From Hypanus sabinus (lineage: Eukaryota), in contig NC_082731.1 of assembly GCF_030144855.1 (NCBI RefSeq), positions 38,440,001 through 38,504,000 of the forward strand: a DNA stretch of 64,000 bases, read 5' to 3'. Each line of letters starts with the position of its first letter. Positions within the stretch are counted from its first letter, which is position 1. Under the pieces are notes generated by a model that had not been told where the DNA came from, did no database searches, and worked only from the letters and a program-made list of their open reading frames with translations. Of the stretch, positions 12,650 through 26,009 are shown piece by piece. Position numbers and translations under genes: made by a program.

Positions 12650-14085
12650 TGTGTCTGAAGCATTGTGAGCAGTTCTGGGCCCACTATCTAAGAAAGGATA
12701 TGTTGCCATTGGAGAGGGTCCAGAGGACATTCATCAGCATGATCCTGAGAATGAAAGGGTTAACGAATGAGGAGCATTTAATGGCCCGTAATTGCTAGAG
12801 ATTAGAAGAATGAGGGTGCATCTCAACTGAAACCTATCAAATATAATTGATAAGTGAGAAAATCTGCAGATGCTGGAAATTCAAGCAACACATACAAAGT
12901 GCTGGAGGAACACAGCAGGCGAGGCAGCATCTATGGAAAATGGTAAACAGTCGCTGTCTTGGGCCAAGACCCTGCATCAGGACTGTTTGTGTGTGTGTTG
13001 CTTGAATGTAATTTATACATTCTTTGATTATAAGTGTACTTGACTCTTGAATATTGACAGGCCTCTTCAGAGTGAACGTGCAGAAGGTGTTCGAGTGGTG
13101 GCGGAGTTTAGCACTGGAGGGCACATTCTCAGAACAGAAGGACATCACATTCGAACAGCAATAAGGATGAATTTCTTTAGCCAGGGTGGTAAATCTGTCG
13201 GATTCATTGACACGGATGGTTGTGGAAGCCAAGTCATTGGGTACATTTAAAGCAGAGGTTGATGGCATCTTGATTAGTAAGGGTGTCGAAGGTTATGGGT
13301 AGAAGGCAGAAGAGCGAGGCTGAGAGGGGTAATAAATAAGCCACAATGGAATCATGGAGAAGAGTTGATGGTCCAAATAGCCTAATTTTGCTCCTAATCT
13401 TATTGTTTTATAGAGAGGATGCAGAGATTTAACAGGATGCTGCCTGGATTAGAGAGTGTGTCTTATAAACATAGCTTGAGTGAGCTGGGGCTTTTCCCTT
13501 TGGAGCAAAGGAGGATAAGATATGGCTTGATAGTGGTGCATAATATGATAAGAGGCTTTGATAGCTGGACAGCCAGCAGCAAGTGGCTGATACTGGGGAG
13601 GGGGAGGAGCATAATTTTAAGGTGATTGGAGGAAAGTAAAGTGGGCATGTCAGAGGTATTTTTTTTAATCTTGGAGAGTGGTGGGTGCATGGAATAAACA
13701 CACTGCCAGGTAAAAACACATATATTAGGGATATTTAAGAAAATCATAAGTATGTACATGGAAGACAGAAAACTGGAGAGCTACGAAAGAAGGAAGGAAC
13801 AGACACAAAATGCTGGTGGAATGCAGCAGGCCAGGCAGCATCTATTGGAAGAAGTACAGTTGACGTTTCATGCCGAGACCCTTTGTCAGGTCCTAACGAA
13901 GGGTCTTGGCCCAAACTGCCGACTGTACCTCTTTCAATAGATGCTGCCTGGCCTGCTGTGTTCCACCAGCATTTTGTGTCTGTTGCTTGAATTTCCAGCA
14001 TCTGCAGATTTTCTTGTGAAAGAAGGAAGGGTTAGGTTGATCTTACAGTAGGTTAAAAAGTGGGTACAACATCATGGGCCTGCAA
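12650..14085 (+). mobile_element. Two tandem CR1 3' fragments, each interrupted by a Penelope terminal cassette (12855-13005, 13793-14018)
   Basis: CR1 ORF2 end motifs (MQRFNRMLPGLESVSY; RMNFFSQ) flanking the inserted cassettes. Confidence 0.7.
13793..14018. mobile_element. Head-to-head inverted Penelope terminal cassette
   Basis: cacaaaatgctggtggaatgcagcaggccaggcagcatctat ... atagatgctgcctggcctgctgtgttccaccagcattttgtg inverted arms, junction at cagg|tcct. Confidence 0.8.
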
Positions 14086-14160
14086 TGAAAATTATTTTAA
14101 AATTAATTCCATGTTCTTTCCCAATTCAGCAATGGGCATTTGAGTATCTATTCACAAACA

Positions 14161-15140
14161 AAAGTCAAGTCACTTTTATTGTCATTTCAACCATAACTGC
14201 TGGTACAGTACATAGTAAAAATGAGACAATAGTTTTTCAGGACCATGGTGTTACATGACACAGTACAAAAACTAGACTGAACTACTTAAAAAACACACAG
14301 AAAAAAACTAAACTAGACTACAGACTTACCCTGGACTGAATAAAGAGACACTGTGCGTGCAATAAACCACAAAAAAATCACTTTCTATAAGAGTTGTATA
14401 AAGCATGCAAAGTTATCAGGTTTAATATAACTGGCATATGTCATGAAATTTGTGAACTTTGTAGCAGCAGTACAATGGAATATATAATAATATAGGAAAA
14501 ACTGAATTATTCTAATTATATATGTATATCAAAGAGTTAAAATAAATAGTGAAAATCAGAAATAAAAAGTAGTGAGGTAGTGTTCATGGGTTCAATGTCC
14601 ATTTAGGAATTGGATGGCAGAGGGGAAGAAGCTGTTCCTGAATTGTTGAGTGCCTTCAGGATCATGTACCTCCTTCCTGATGGTAACAATGAGAAGAGGG
14701 AATGTCCTAGGTAATGGGGGTCCTTAACAATGGACGCTGCCTTCCTGAGGCATCTCTCCTCGAAGTTGTCTTGGATATTATGGAGACTACAGCCCATGAT
14801 CGAGCTGACTAATTTTACGTCTTTCTGCAGCTTACTACAATCGTGTACAATAGTGCCCCCCCCCCATTACCAGATGGTAATGCAACCAGTTATAATGTTC
14901 TCCACAGTACATCTGTAGAAGTTTTCCAGTGTTTTAGGTAACAAACCAAATCTCCTCAAACTTCTAATGAAACATAGCCACTGTCTTGCCTTCTTTATAG
15001 CTGTGACGATATGTTGGGACCAGGTTAGGTCCTCAGAGATACTGAAACCAGGAACTTGAAATTGCTCACTCTTTCCACTTCTGATCCCTCTGTGAGGACT
15101 AGTGTTTGTACCCTTGTCTTTTGCTCTCTCAAGTTCACAA
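14161..15140 (-). mobile_element. Rex1/Babar LINE 3' fragments (two copies)
   Basis: ISEDLTWSQH, KKARQWLCFIRSLRRFG, NFYRCTVEN, KDPHYLGHSLFSLLPSGRRY; tail aagtcaagtc. Confidence 0.8.
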
Positions 15141-15435
15141 CTGGCTCTTTTGGTTTTACCCAAACAGGTGGTCAATGAAATAACAGTCAGAAAACAAACT
15201 AAAACTTATTGATGAGCTGATCTCCCAAATGCCAAAAAACTTTCTTGCCCTTCCCTTTTCTCTATCTCTTTCTCTCTTGACGTGCTCTCCAGCTCTGGCA
15301 CTAACACTAATCCTAAGAGAGGATTCCCTTCTCCCTCTTCCCCCCACAAAGGAATTGCCTCTTTTTATACTCTTCAAAACCCCTTACACTAGGACTTCCC
15401 CCTGCCTTCCTCAGACAAGTTCTCTGACCCTGTTA

Positions 15436-16115
15436 AGTGAAGTTATACTTTATTGTCACCAATCAATTGATACTAGAGCATACAATCATCATGGTGATAT
15501 TTGTTTCTGCGCTTCACACTCCCTGAAGTACAAATCGAAGTAAGTATAATAAGAATTTAAATTATAAATCATAATCAGAAAATAGAAAAGGGGAAGCAAG
15601 GTACTGCAAGTCAGGTCCGGATATTTGGAAGGTACGGCCCAGATCCGGGTCAGGATCCGTTCAGCAGTCTTATCACAGTTGGAAAGAAGCTGTTCCCAAA
15701 TCTGGTCGTACGAATCTTCAAGCTCCTGAACCTTCTCCCGGAGGGAAGTGGGACAAAAAGTGTGTTGGCTGGGTGGGTCTTGTCCTTGATTATCCTGGCA
15801 GCACTGCTCCGACAGCGTGCGGTGTAAAGTGAGTCCAAGGATGGAACAACACACACAAAATGCTGGTGGAACACAGCAGGCCAGGCAGCATCTACAAGGA
15901 GAAGCACTGTTGACGTTTCGGGCCGAGACGTCGACAGTGCTTCTCCTTATAGATGCTGCCTGGCCTGCTGTGTTCCACCAGCATTTTGTGTGTGTGTGCG
16001 TGTTTCCAGCATCTGCAGATGTCCTCATGTTTGCTCCCCAAGGATGGAAGATTGGTTTGTGTGATGTGCTGGACTATGTTCACGACCTTCAGCTTCTTCC
16101 GGTAGGTAAGTTTGG
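15436..16115 (-). mobile_element. Rex1/Babar 3' end containing an inverted Penelope cassette (15846-16030)
   Basis: IIKDKTHPANTLFVPLPSGRRFRS...NSFFPTVIRLLN; Rex sequence resumes at about 16040. Confidence 0.8.
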
Positions 16116-16439
16116 GTAGGTACATGGATGGTAGGGGTATGGAGGGCTATGGTGTGGGTGTAGGTCATGGGAATAGGCAACTTAAATGGTTCACCATGGT
16201 TTAGATGGGCTGAAGGGCCTGTTTCTGAACTGTGCTGAATGACAAGCATTGCTTTAAAATTCCACTCGAAGTTAGCAACATTTTGTCTTATAGATGACCA
16301 TTTCACTTTACTAAGAAGGAATCGAGAGGGCTGAAGGGCCAGCACTGTGTTGTGCATTTGGAGAGGGGAACCGCCCAGAGATTTCCATGCTTCAGAATTC
16401 ACCTTCTGTTACATGCGATTCAAGTGTACAGCCTGAACC

Positions 16440-18450
16440 GTGCCCACCTAGAGGATGACCAGTGTTGAAAATCACTCTAACAGCGTGATGTCAGAGCTGT
16501 TGATAGAGAGTAAAGTTACCTCATCTGAAATGCTAACCTTCGCCCATTCATGTCTTTTGTAACCATATTCACAAAGGGCTTGTGTATGGGGATCTCAGTT
16601 TCGTGTCGATCAGTTCAGCGTCATCGGTTTTTGAATGTGGAGGAGGAGAAGCCCCAGAACATAGCACATCAGTCGACTCAAGGAGAACCCAAATCCCTGT
16701 TCAGTGTACGGTGAGAACCAATTGTCCTCGAGACATTGGAGGGGTGAGCAGATAGTTCCTCATGATACAATCCAATCTGCTTTGTGTCGGAAATGAAGTT
16801 TTGTGCTTTAATTTATCAGTGGAATCAGGGCCCTGACAATGCAGTAACATATCTTCACCAGAGATCAGACTCTAAACTGTGCAAGGATTCACTTTGTCAT
16901 CTGTCCCGATGAAGTGCCGGAGAGCTCATAGCAGAGAGGAATCATTCTCCTGCTCCGAGCGAGGGAAGGGGTGCCACCTACAGGCACATCGGAGAGTTCA
17001 CAATGGAGAGAGGCTGTTCGCCTGCTTTGTGTGTGGGAAGGAATTCATTTGGTCATAGAACCTGCTGGAGCACCGGAAAGTTCACAGTGCTCTATGTGGG
17101 GAATGGGATATATCGTACTCAGTCACCCAGCCTGAAGGTACATCAGTGAGCGCATGCCACTTGTTCTGCCTGCAGGAAAGGATTCATTCACTTCTCCAGC
17201 CTGCGGATATATTACAGAATTCACATTGGGGAGATGAGGTGTGTAGGAAGGAATCCACTCGGTTCGCCCACATGAGGAGACACCAGCAAATTAAGATCGT
17301 GGAGAAGACATTGGATTGTTCCATGTGTGGCGAGGGATTCAATTGGCAATCTCACCCCATTCCAGAGTGAGTTCACACTGGGTGAGGCCATTCACTTGTT
17401 CTGTGTGTGACGGGACTTATTCATACTACCAATCTGCAGAAACACCAGTGAGGCCTTTCACCTGCTCTCAATGTCAGAAGTGATTCACCCAGGCAATTCA
17501 CCTTCCAAAGCATCAGCAAGTTCTCACTAAGGAGAGGCTGCGCGGTTGTCCTGTGCAAGCTATGAGATTTAACCCTTCACGTCATCTGTTGTAGTGTGTT
17601 CATACTGGCGAAATTTAAGTCACAGAGACTTCAGCAATTCAAACAAAAGAAAAGATTTATTACAGACATTAACCAGCAAAGCTAATGAGAACTCTGGCAC
17701 ACGACAGAATCTTGAACTGAAATCACGCACGATACACAGAAGAACGCGTCTGAGTTTCACCAGACGAGGATCCACGATGAACAAGCACAGAGGGATTGGC
17801 ATTTCACTCTGAAATACTCCCTGGAGCACGTAGGAATTCAGGACCAACCGGACAACATAGGTGTCCAGGCGAAGCAATGATCCCCAAAGACAACAACTAC
17901 AATACAGGACATTGAAAACCCCGTGCTAATTAAAGATTCAAGATTCAAAAACTTTATTGTCATTCTAACCGTACATCAGCTCTACAGGGCAGAATGAGAC
18001 AGCGTTTCCCAGGAGCAGTGCAATCATAACATAACAAATGCAACACTAAATAATAAACATAACAATAGACCAGGCAGTATCTATAAGGTCCTGACGAAGG
18101 GTCTCGGCCCGAAATGTTGACAGTGCTTCTCCTTATAGATGCTGCCTGGCCTGCTGTGTTCCACCAGCATTTTGTGTGTTGTTTGAAAAAGAAAGACGAT
18201 TTTTTAAAAACATGATCCCTAGTTGTGACAGCATCATGTTTGCTGAATCCAGTTGCAAATTCATGAGGGACTGCTGATGTCAGATTCTGAAATTATCGCA
18301 GCTGCTCATTCCATCCAGGAATGAACCTTGATCCTGGATCATTGAAGGGGTTTGTTCTACTGATGTCAGCATTAAATTAGACTGGTGTTTAATATCATGG
18401 AATCTGTGACAATCAAATCAGTTCTAATCCAAACCTTGTGTCTCAGATGC
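16440..18450 (+). pseudogene. Decayed C2H2 ZNF pseudogene A
   Basis: Pre-acceptor motif 16475-16562 lacks a good AG; broken finger relics 16880-17590; 3' module 18240-18450 with AATAAA mutated to AATCAA; inserts at about 17594-18185. Confidence 0.8.
18088..18121 (+). ncRNA. Minimal type-I hammerhead ribozyme motif in a Penelope terminus (best-preserved copy)
   Basis: GTC-CTGACGA-A-GGG(TCTCGG)CCC-GAAA-TG-TT-GAC: CUGANGA and GAAA boxes, stem II, stem I GUC/GAC, cleavage triplet GUU. Confidence 0.65.
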
Positions 18451-18659
18451 TTACTGCCTCTGTACTCATTCAATGTACAATAGAGCCATTGAGTCCCTGT
18501 TCCACGTCTGTCTTTTTAAATCCACCCCTGCTGTTATCTTGCTCTCCCTGTCATTACGGGTTCCAACTGGTCACAACTCTGAGTGTAACGTAGTTGAATG
18601 TCCTCTACAACTTCTTGCTGGCTGATGAAAAGGAGAAAATTACTGTGGTGTGGGATCTC

Positions 18660-20312
18660 TGTTAATTTCTGATCCTCAGGTCTTTTTTCCCAGCAGTCAG
18701 GAATGGCGAGCAGTCTTAATTCCATGATTTCAGTTTAATTTTAGAGTACAACAAACGTACAAACACTAACCAAACCAAATAAAGAGCTGAGAAATGATGC
18801 AAAGAGGGGAAATAATATGAAGATAAAAGAATAAAAATGATGTTTCTGAAAAATCTAGCACTTTCATAGATAAGATAAAAGAAATTCCTTAGATAGAGAT
18901 AACTTAGTTAACTGGGCACATTATCAAAACAATCACATCATGTGGGCAATGTGCTAATACTTAATGAAAAATGAGGAAGCTAATAAACTGTTACTTTAGC
19001 CTTCTGCCAGTGAGAGTAAAAAATACATAATTTTGTTAAAAAGTACAAATCTTATAAAAAGATTTTTTAAAAAGACACTGGTTTCCAACAGTTTCCTCTT
19101 TTGATTCTATCAAAAGAGGCAGAATCAATATGGCAGAATCATATCTGAATATTTGGAGTAATCACTTTTAACAAACAGAAAAAAATATTATATTATGATA
19201 ATAATGTCTAATAGTTATATTCGTGCTTGAACTCTTACAGTACGTCTTAATTTTGAGTCACCTTAGCTTGCCACCTTTGCAGTTGCTGGCGTGTAACCAC
19301 TTTTTACTGGGGCAAGTCTCGCCTCGGCTGCCAGACCTCATTACTGTCACCATCACTTAAGCCACTGGTCAGTATTCCTTTGCAGTTCCTTGGAGTTCCC
19401 AAGGTGTCGCTGTTTTTTGGGGACTAGACAGACCTGGCTGCCTTTCAACATAATTGACATCACTATTAACCCCGCCCACTGGGTTGGCCGCACCTATAAT
19501 CGCAGATTCACCTTGTTTCACTGAACAGAGCTTTTGAATACGGATATAATTTACATGCAGTCTTTTAATCCGTCAAAGAATGACTGGAGATTATGAAAAG
19601 CCAAATTGTTGGATCTCCATTTATTTTCTGATCCTTAGGTTTTTTTTCTGGGAGTAAAAAAAAATGGCGAGCAGTCTTAATTCCAAGACTTAAGTTTATT
19701 TTAGAGTACAGACAAAGATACAATTACTAAGCAGACTAAAGCTGAAAGACGATGCTAACCAGGGAATTAATTCTAAGACAAAAGAATAAGGATGGCACTT
19801 CTGAAAAATCTATCACTATTTATAGATACGATAAGATGTACTAAGCCTACCAGATAACACTACTCTTTGCATTTCTGGTTAGATGCTAACTGCATTTCAT
19901 TTGGCTTTGTATCTGTACCCGGCACAATGATAATAAAGTTGAATCTAATCTAATCTAATATATTCCTTGGGCAGCGATAAATTAGTCAATGGAGTACGTA
20001 GCTAAAATAATTTTACCATATAGTTAATGTGCTAATATTTAGCCAATGAGAAAGGAGAATAACTCACAAACAAGTGAAAATCTGCGGATGCTGGAAATTC
20101 GAGCAACACACACAAAATGCTGGAGGAACTCAGCAGGCCAGGCAGCATCTGTGGAAAAAAGTACAGTTGACGTTTCAGTCCAAGACCCTTCGTCAGGTGA
20201 ATAACTCAGTCTAGCTGCCACACTGCTTTCTGCCAGCGAGTGTGAAAAATATATGTTTGTTAAAAAGAACAAATCTTACAAAAATACTATTAAAACAGTG
20301 GTGTTTATCTCA
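18660..20312 (-). mobile_element. Non-autonomous LTR element (ERV/TRIM-like) with two diverged LTRs
   Basis: 3' LTR 18660-19090 (TGTT...AACA on minus), preceded by PPT AAAAGAGGAAAC; 5' LTR about 19620-20312 with later inserts, followed by TGG-initiated PBS-like TGGAGATCCAAC at 19619. Confidence 0.7.
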
Positions 20313-20799
20313 GATATTCCTTATTCCTCAGGTCTCTGGGCCGAGGAAGAATTTCATAGGTGTTAAATCCTTACCTGCTCTTCTCAACGTTGTGAATCAT
20401 TTTCACTGATTTCACAAAGCTGCGTTGTTGAATTACACTGCTGTCCTCCAAAGTCTGAGAGTAGATTGGACAACTGGGGTCAGATGACAAGGAGGGGCCA
20501 ACACATTGCAGAGCTTTGGGGCTCCAGAAAGTGATTAAGTGGAAACGTCTATAGGGAAAAGGTTGAGGGGATCAGACCACGAGGACATGGCAAAAATGAA
20601 AGATAAACAACATTTGAAAGCTGACTCATTGAAAAAATTATTTTATTATTTGCAAAATGCTGGAGGAACTCAACAGGTCAAGCAGCATGTTGAAGGATCT
20701 CAGTTGGCTGTTTATTCCTCTTTATAGATGCAGCCTGACCTGCTGAATTCCTTCAGCATTTTGCTGAAGTTCCTTCAGCTCTATAGCAAAGTAAGTTAA

Positions 20800-21420
20800 T
20801 CTCCCACTCCCCATCCTCACCACATTCTACAGGGGTTGTATTGAGAGCATTCTGAGCAGCTGCATCACTGTCTGGTTCGGAAATTGCACCATCTCGGATC
20901 GCAAGACCCTGCAGCGGATAGTGAGGTCAGCTGAGAAGATCATCGGGGTGTCTCTTCCCGCCATTATGGACATTTACACTACACGCTGCACCCGCAAAGC
21001 AAACAGCATTATGAAGGCCCCCTCGTACCCCTCATACAAACTCTTCTCCCTCCTGCCATTTGGAAAAAAGCACTGAAGCATTCGGGCTTTCACGGCCAGA
21101 CTATGTAACAGTTTCTTCCCCCAAGCCATCAGATTCCACAATACCCGCAAAGTCTGGACTGACACCAACTTACTGCCCTATTGTCTCGTTTATTATTTAT
21201 TGTAATGCCTGCACTGTTTTGTGCACTTTATGCAGTCCTGGGTAGGTGTGTAGTCCAGTGTAGTTTTTTTCTCTGTGTTGCTTTTTTATGTAGTTCAGTC
21301 TAGTTTTTGTACTGTGTCATGTAACACCATGGTCCTGAAAAAACGTTGTCTCATTTTTACTGTGTACTGTACCAGCAGTTATGGTCGAAATGACAATAAA
21401 AGTGACTTGACTTGACTTGA
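20800..21420 (+). mobile_element. Rex1/Babar LINE 3' end
   Basis: TFYRGCIESILSSCITVWFGNC...LQRIVRSAEKIIG; AATAAA plus (GACTT)n tail. Confidence 0.85.
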
Positions 21421-21499
21421 TCTTGTGAGTGTTGCTCTCAAGAAGGATTTTAAAGGGAGGGTGAGGCATCTGTGACTGACAAGGGAAGTCAAACACAAC

Positions 21500-22785
21500 A
21501 TAAGGACAAAAGAGAGGACGTACAAAATATTGGAAAGTTAGGGGATTTGGAAGCTTTTAAAAGACAATTAAAAAAGCAATTAGGAGAGAAAAGATGAAAT
21601 ATGAGGGCAAGCTAGCCAATAATATATGACGATACCAACAGCTTTTATTTCCTGATATATAAAGAATAAGAGAGGTGAGGGTGTATTGTATATCTGAGCA
21701 CTGGGAAAGAATGCTGGAGAGATAGTAATGGGGGACAAAGAAACGGTGGTGGATCTCAATCAGTATTTGGCTCCATTCTTCAGTATGGGAGACACCGGCA
21801 ATACGCCATAAATTCAAGAGTGTCAGGTGGCACTTGGGAAGGTGAAAGGTCTGAAGGTAGATTTATTTGACAAGAATCAATTGTATTGTGGCCACTTGTA
21901 GATGATGCGGAAATAGGAGGAGGGATATAGGTAGGGTGGAGGTAACAGAGTGATGGCAGAAGAAATTAGACAGATTTGGAGAATGGGCAAGGGAGTGGCA
22001 GGTGGAATATTGTGTAGAGAAGTGTACGGTCGGTGGAAGCAATAAACACATAGACTATTTTCTAAATGGTGAGAAAAATTTGATATAATTTCACTGGCAT
22101 GCCTCGTGAAATTTGTTGTATCTACTGAAGCAGTACCATTACATAATAATAAATAAAACAGTGCATTACAGTAAGTATATACATTGAATAGTTAAATTAA
22201 TTAATTAGTGTAGCAATAAAAAAGTGGTGAGGTAGTGTTCGTGGGTTCAGCGTCCATTCAGAAATTGGATGGCAGAGAGGAAGAAGCTGTTCCTGAATCA
22301 TTGAGTGTGTGCCTTCAGGCTTCTGTACCTCCTTCCTCATGGTAGCAATGAGAACTAGGCATGACCTGTGACCAAGCATGACCAAGCTTCTAGCTTGCAA
22401 CACACACAAAATGCTGGAGGAACTCAGCAGGCCAGGCAGCATCTATGGAAAAGAGTGAACAGTCGACATTTTGGGCTGAGACCCTTCACCAGGTCCTGAT
22501 AAAGTCTGAGATCAGGGGACACAGCCTCAGAATAGAGGGGGCGACCTTTCAGGGCGGAGATGAGGAAGAATTTATTTCGCCAGAGGGCGGTCAATCTGTA
22601 GAATTAGTCGCCACAGCAGCTGTGGAGGCCAAGCTTTTGTGTATATTTAAGGCAGAGGTTGATAGATTCTTGATTGGTCAGGGTGTGAAGGGAGACTGGG
22701 GCTGACAGGAAAATTGGATCAGCCATGACGAAATGGCAGAGCAGAATCGATGGGCCAAATTCTAATCTTACTTGGTATGGTCTTA
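21500..22785. mobile_element. Mosaic of CR1 (+, 21500-22080 and 22500-22785), Rex 3' end (-, 22085-22370) and Penelope terminus (-, 22395-22500)
   Basis: Each segment matches other copies in the window. Confidence 0.65.
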
Positions 22786-22934
22786 ATCTGCAAGTGCGTT
22801 GGGTTTTGGCTTTCGACACACAAATACCTGTTGATATAGAGTTTATTGTCTGTGGGAGCTTGCTCTGTTAAATTAGTCAACATGGACTGGATTTGAGGAG
22901 CCTGCAGACAGTTTGAAAGGTACCTTTCCAACTT

Positions 22935-23360
22935 CGAAATCCGCAGTGTTTCAGAATTCGCCCTGGCAACTTGCCGACCGCATGCGCAAGCGCCAAAGCC
23001 GCCGTTTGTGCCAGAAATCCGCGCATGCGCTCAGCTGACGGACGGCACCGGAGGGATCGGCGGCAGGTAGGAACGGGTCTCCGGGCAGGGCTTTCATCAG
23101 CACCTCGACCGGGCAACAAGTGCTGCGAACGCCGGTCACGCCATGGTCCTTGCCCTCTCCCTCTACGCAACGATCCGCACTCGGGCCCCGGGGAGGCTGA
23201 AGAGCAAAGTTGCTGGCGCCATTTCTGTGGCGCATGTATGTCGCTGGCTCCGGGCGAATAGACGTGTTTCTCGCTCGTGGGGGTTTCTGGGTACCGTGGC
23301 ACCCATTCTTGACGCTGCCAGCGTTGTCCCTTGCAGCCCCCAAAGCATATTTGGACGCGC
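22935..23360 (+). promoter_or_regulatory. CpG-rich promoter / first exon of ZNF gene 2 with NRF1 sites
   Basis: CGCATGCGC at 22979, GCGCATGCGC at 23021; ggatcggcggcag|gtagga donor at 23067 identical to gene 1. Confidence 0.75.
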
Positions 23361-23844
23361 ATGGGGAGTAAATCCCTCAGAGACTGAGAACTTCAGTTAT
23401 CTAAATTCATGGAGGTGGAACTCACAAGAAAAATGTAGTTCCGATTTAATCTTGGATTAAAAACTTATAGGGCCCTTGCGGCCAAGCGGATTAGTGATTT
23501 ATATGCCAATTGAAACATAAAGCGAACACTGAGATCAGGTCGGTGTCCAGAACCAGCTGATGCCCAAAGAGCATAGCCTAAAAGATGGCATCGAGCCCAT
23601 CCAATAATCAATAAAACATCATTTAGTGCTGCTTAATAAAACAAAATCTTTCCATCAGCTTCAGTTCTGTAGAAATTCACCTTTTTTGAATCTCCTCTGA
23701 TTCTGACCTTTCTACTTGCGAACATTCTCTCTGGGTACATAATGATATTAGACAGCTTTGCCTGAATGACCTGTAGTTTTCACATCACAAATGTGCCACG
23801 TATTATCCAATGAGGTGTTCTAATTACCTCCCTTCATGTTTCAT

Positions 23845-24410
23845 TAGGAGTTTGAGGAGATTTGGTCTGTCACAAAAACACTCACCATTTTCTATAGATG
23901 TACCGTGGAGACCATTCTAACTGTATCACCGTCTGGTATGGGGGTGGGGGGAAGAGGTGGGGGCTACTGTACAAGATTGAAATAAGCTGCAAAGAGTTGT
24001 AAACTTAGTCAGCTCCATCATGGGTACCAGCCTCCATGGTATCCAGGACATCTTCAAGGAGTGATGCCTCAGAAAAGTGGTGTCTCCCACCACCCAGGAC
24101 ACGCCTTGTTATCATTGCCGCCATCAGGGAGGAAGTACAGAAGCCTGAAGGCACACACTCAGTTATTTAGGAACAAATTCTTCCCCTCTGCCGTCTGACT
24201 TCTGAGTGGACATTGAACCCATGAACACTACCTCACCTTTTAAAACTTTTTATTTTTAAACCAGTTGTTTAATTTAACTATCTGATATATATGTACACTA
24301 ACTGTAATTCTGCTTTTCTCTTTCTATTATCATGTATTTCATTGTACTGCTGTCGCAAAGACAACAGATTTCACGACATACGCTGGTGATATTAAACCTG
24401 ATTCTGATTC
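23845..24410 (+). mobile_element. Rex1/Babar LINE 3' end
   Basis: RSLRRFGLSQKTLTIFYRCTVE; attaaacctgattctgattc tail. Confidence 0.8.
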
Positions 24411-24524
24411 ATTGTTATTAGAGTCAGTGAGTTCAATATCATCAATAACCTCAGGGGAGGGGAATTGGTGTCAGAGTAATTTGGAAGTGTCCAGGAATAG
24501 CCATGTAATTTGCCTTTTGTAGTA

Positions 24525-25924
24525 CGAGGGGTGATTGATAAGTTCGTGGCCTGAGGTAGAAGGAGTCAGTTTTAGAAAACCGAGACAACACCCACAAAAT
24601 GCTGGTGGAACACAGCAGGCCAGAAAGCATCTATAAGGAGAAGCACTGTTGACGTTTTGGGCCGAGACCCTTCGTCAGGACTAACTGAAAGGAAAGATAG
24701 TAAGAGATTTGAAAGTAGTGGGGGGGAGGGGGAAATGCGAAATGATAGGAGAAGACCGGAGGGGGTGGGATGAAGCTAAGAGCTGGAAAGGTGATTGGCG
24801 AAAGTGATACAGAGCTGGAGAAGGGAAAGGATCATGGGACGGGAGGCCTCGGGAGAAAGAAAGGGGGAGGGGAGCACCAGAGGGAGATGGAGAACAGGCA
24901 AACAAGTAAATATGTCAGGGATGGGGTAAGAAGGGGAGGAGGGGCATTAACGGAAGTTAGAGAAGTCAATGTTCATGCCATCAGGTTGGAGGCTACCCAG
25001 CTGGTATATAAGTGTTGTTCCTCCAACCTGAGTTTGGTTTCATCTTGACAGTAGAGGAGGCCATGGATAGACATATGGGAATGGGACGTGGAATTAAAAT
25101 GTGTGGCCACTGGGAGATCCTGCTTTCTCTGGCGGACCGAGCGTAGGTGTTCAGCGAAACGGCCTCCCAGTCTGCGTCAGGTCTCACCAATATATAAAAG
25201 GCCACACCGGGAGCACCGGACGCAGTATACCACACCAGCCGACTCACAGGTGAAGTGTCACCTCACCTGGAAGAACTGTCTGGGGCCCTGAATGGCGGTG
25301 AGGGAGGAAGTGTAAGGGCAGGTGTAGCACTTGTTCCGCTTACAAGGATAAGTGCCAGGAGGGAGATCGGTGGGAAGGGATGGGGTGGACAAGGGAGTCG
25401 CGTAGGGAACGATCCCTGTGGAAAGCAGAAAGAGGTGGGGAAGGAAAGATGTGCTTGGTAGTGGGATCCCATTGGAGGTGGCAGAAGTTACGGAGAATTT
25501 AGAAAACCTAGCACATTTATTTTTCAACATCGTCTCCTCCTACATTTACACACTTAGTCCAGCGGTTGTGGAGCATACGGATCTTGGACCTCCAGAAAGT
25601 GTCCACAGCAGGGGTGATTGATAAGTTCGTGGTATAAGGTAGAAGGAAATAAGTTATACAGCTCTTGTTACATGCACATGCAGGATAACTCTTTGAGTGA
25701 TTATGCAGAAAGTTTGAAGTTAATAACTCATCTCCTTCTACCTTAGGCCACAAACTTATCAATCACCCCATGCTGTGGACCACTTCTGGAGGTCCAAGAT
25801 CCGTATGTGCCACGACTGCTGGACTAAGTGTGTAAATGTAGGAAAATGTTGAAAAATAAATGTGCTAGGTTTTCTAAAATTGACTCCTCCTACCTTAGGC
25901 CACGGATTTATCAATCACCCCTCG
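24525..25924. mobile_element. Mariner-derived palindromic MITE with nested TIRs, interrupted by Penelope
   Basis: TA|CGAGGGGTGATTGATAAGTT...TTATCAATCACCCCTCG|TA; a second internal TIR pair at about 25610 and 25770. Confidence 0.85.
24582..25497 (-). mobile_element. Penelope element 3' part (GIY-YIG) with 11-bp TSD
   Basis: TTTAGAAAACC duplicated at 24571 and 25498; PGTYPCKRNKCYTCPY and the GIY-YIG region. Confidence 0.9.
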
Positions 25925-26009
25925 TACTGTGGGACATGCCCAAAATGTGAAGTTGTACTAATGGAGAGAGACGAACTGAGGCAGGCCACTTCTGGTTCTT
26001 TATCTTTAC

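Noticed and set aside
17594-17930. Possible solo LTRs here and at 15150-15435
   Set aside because: Only TTTATT/TATA-like hints; termini and TSDs could not be defined
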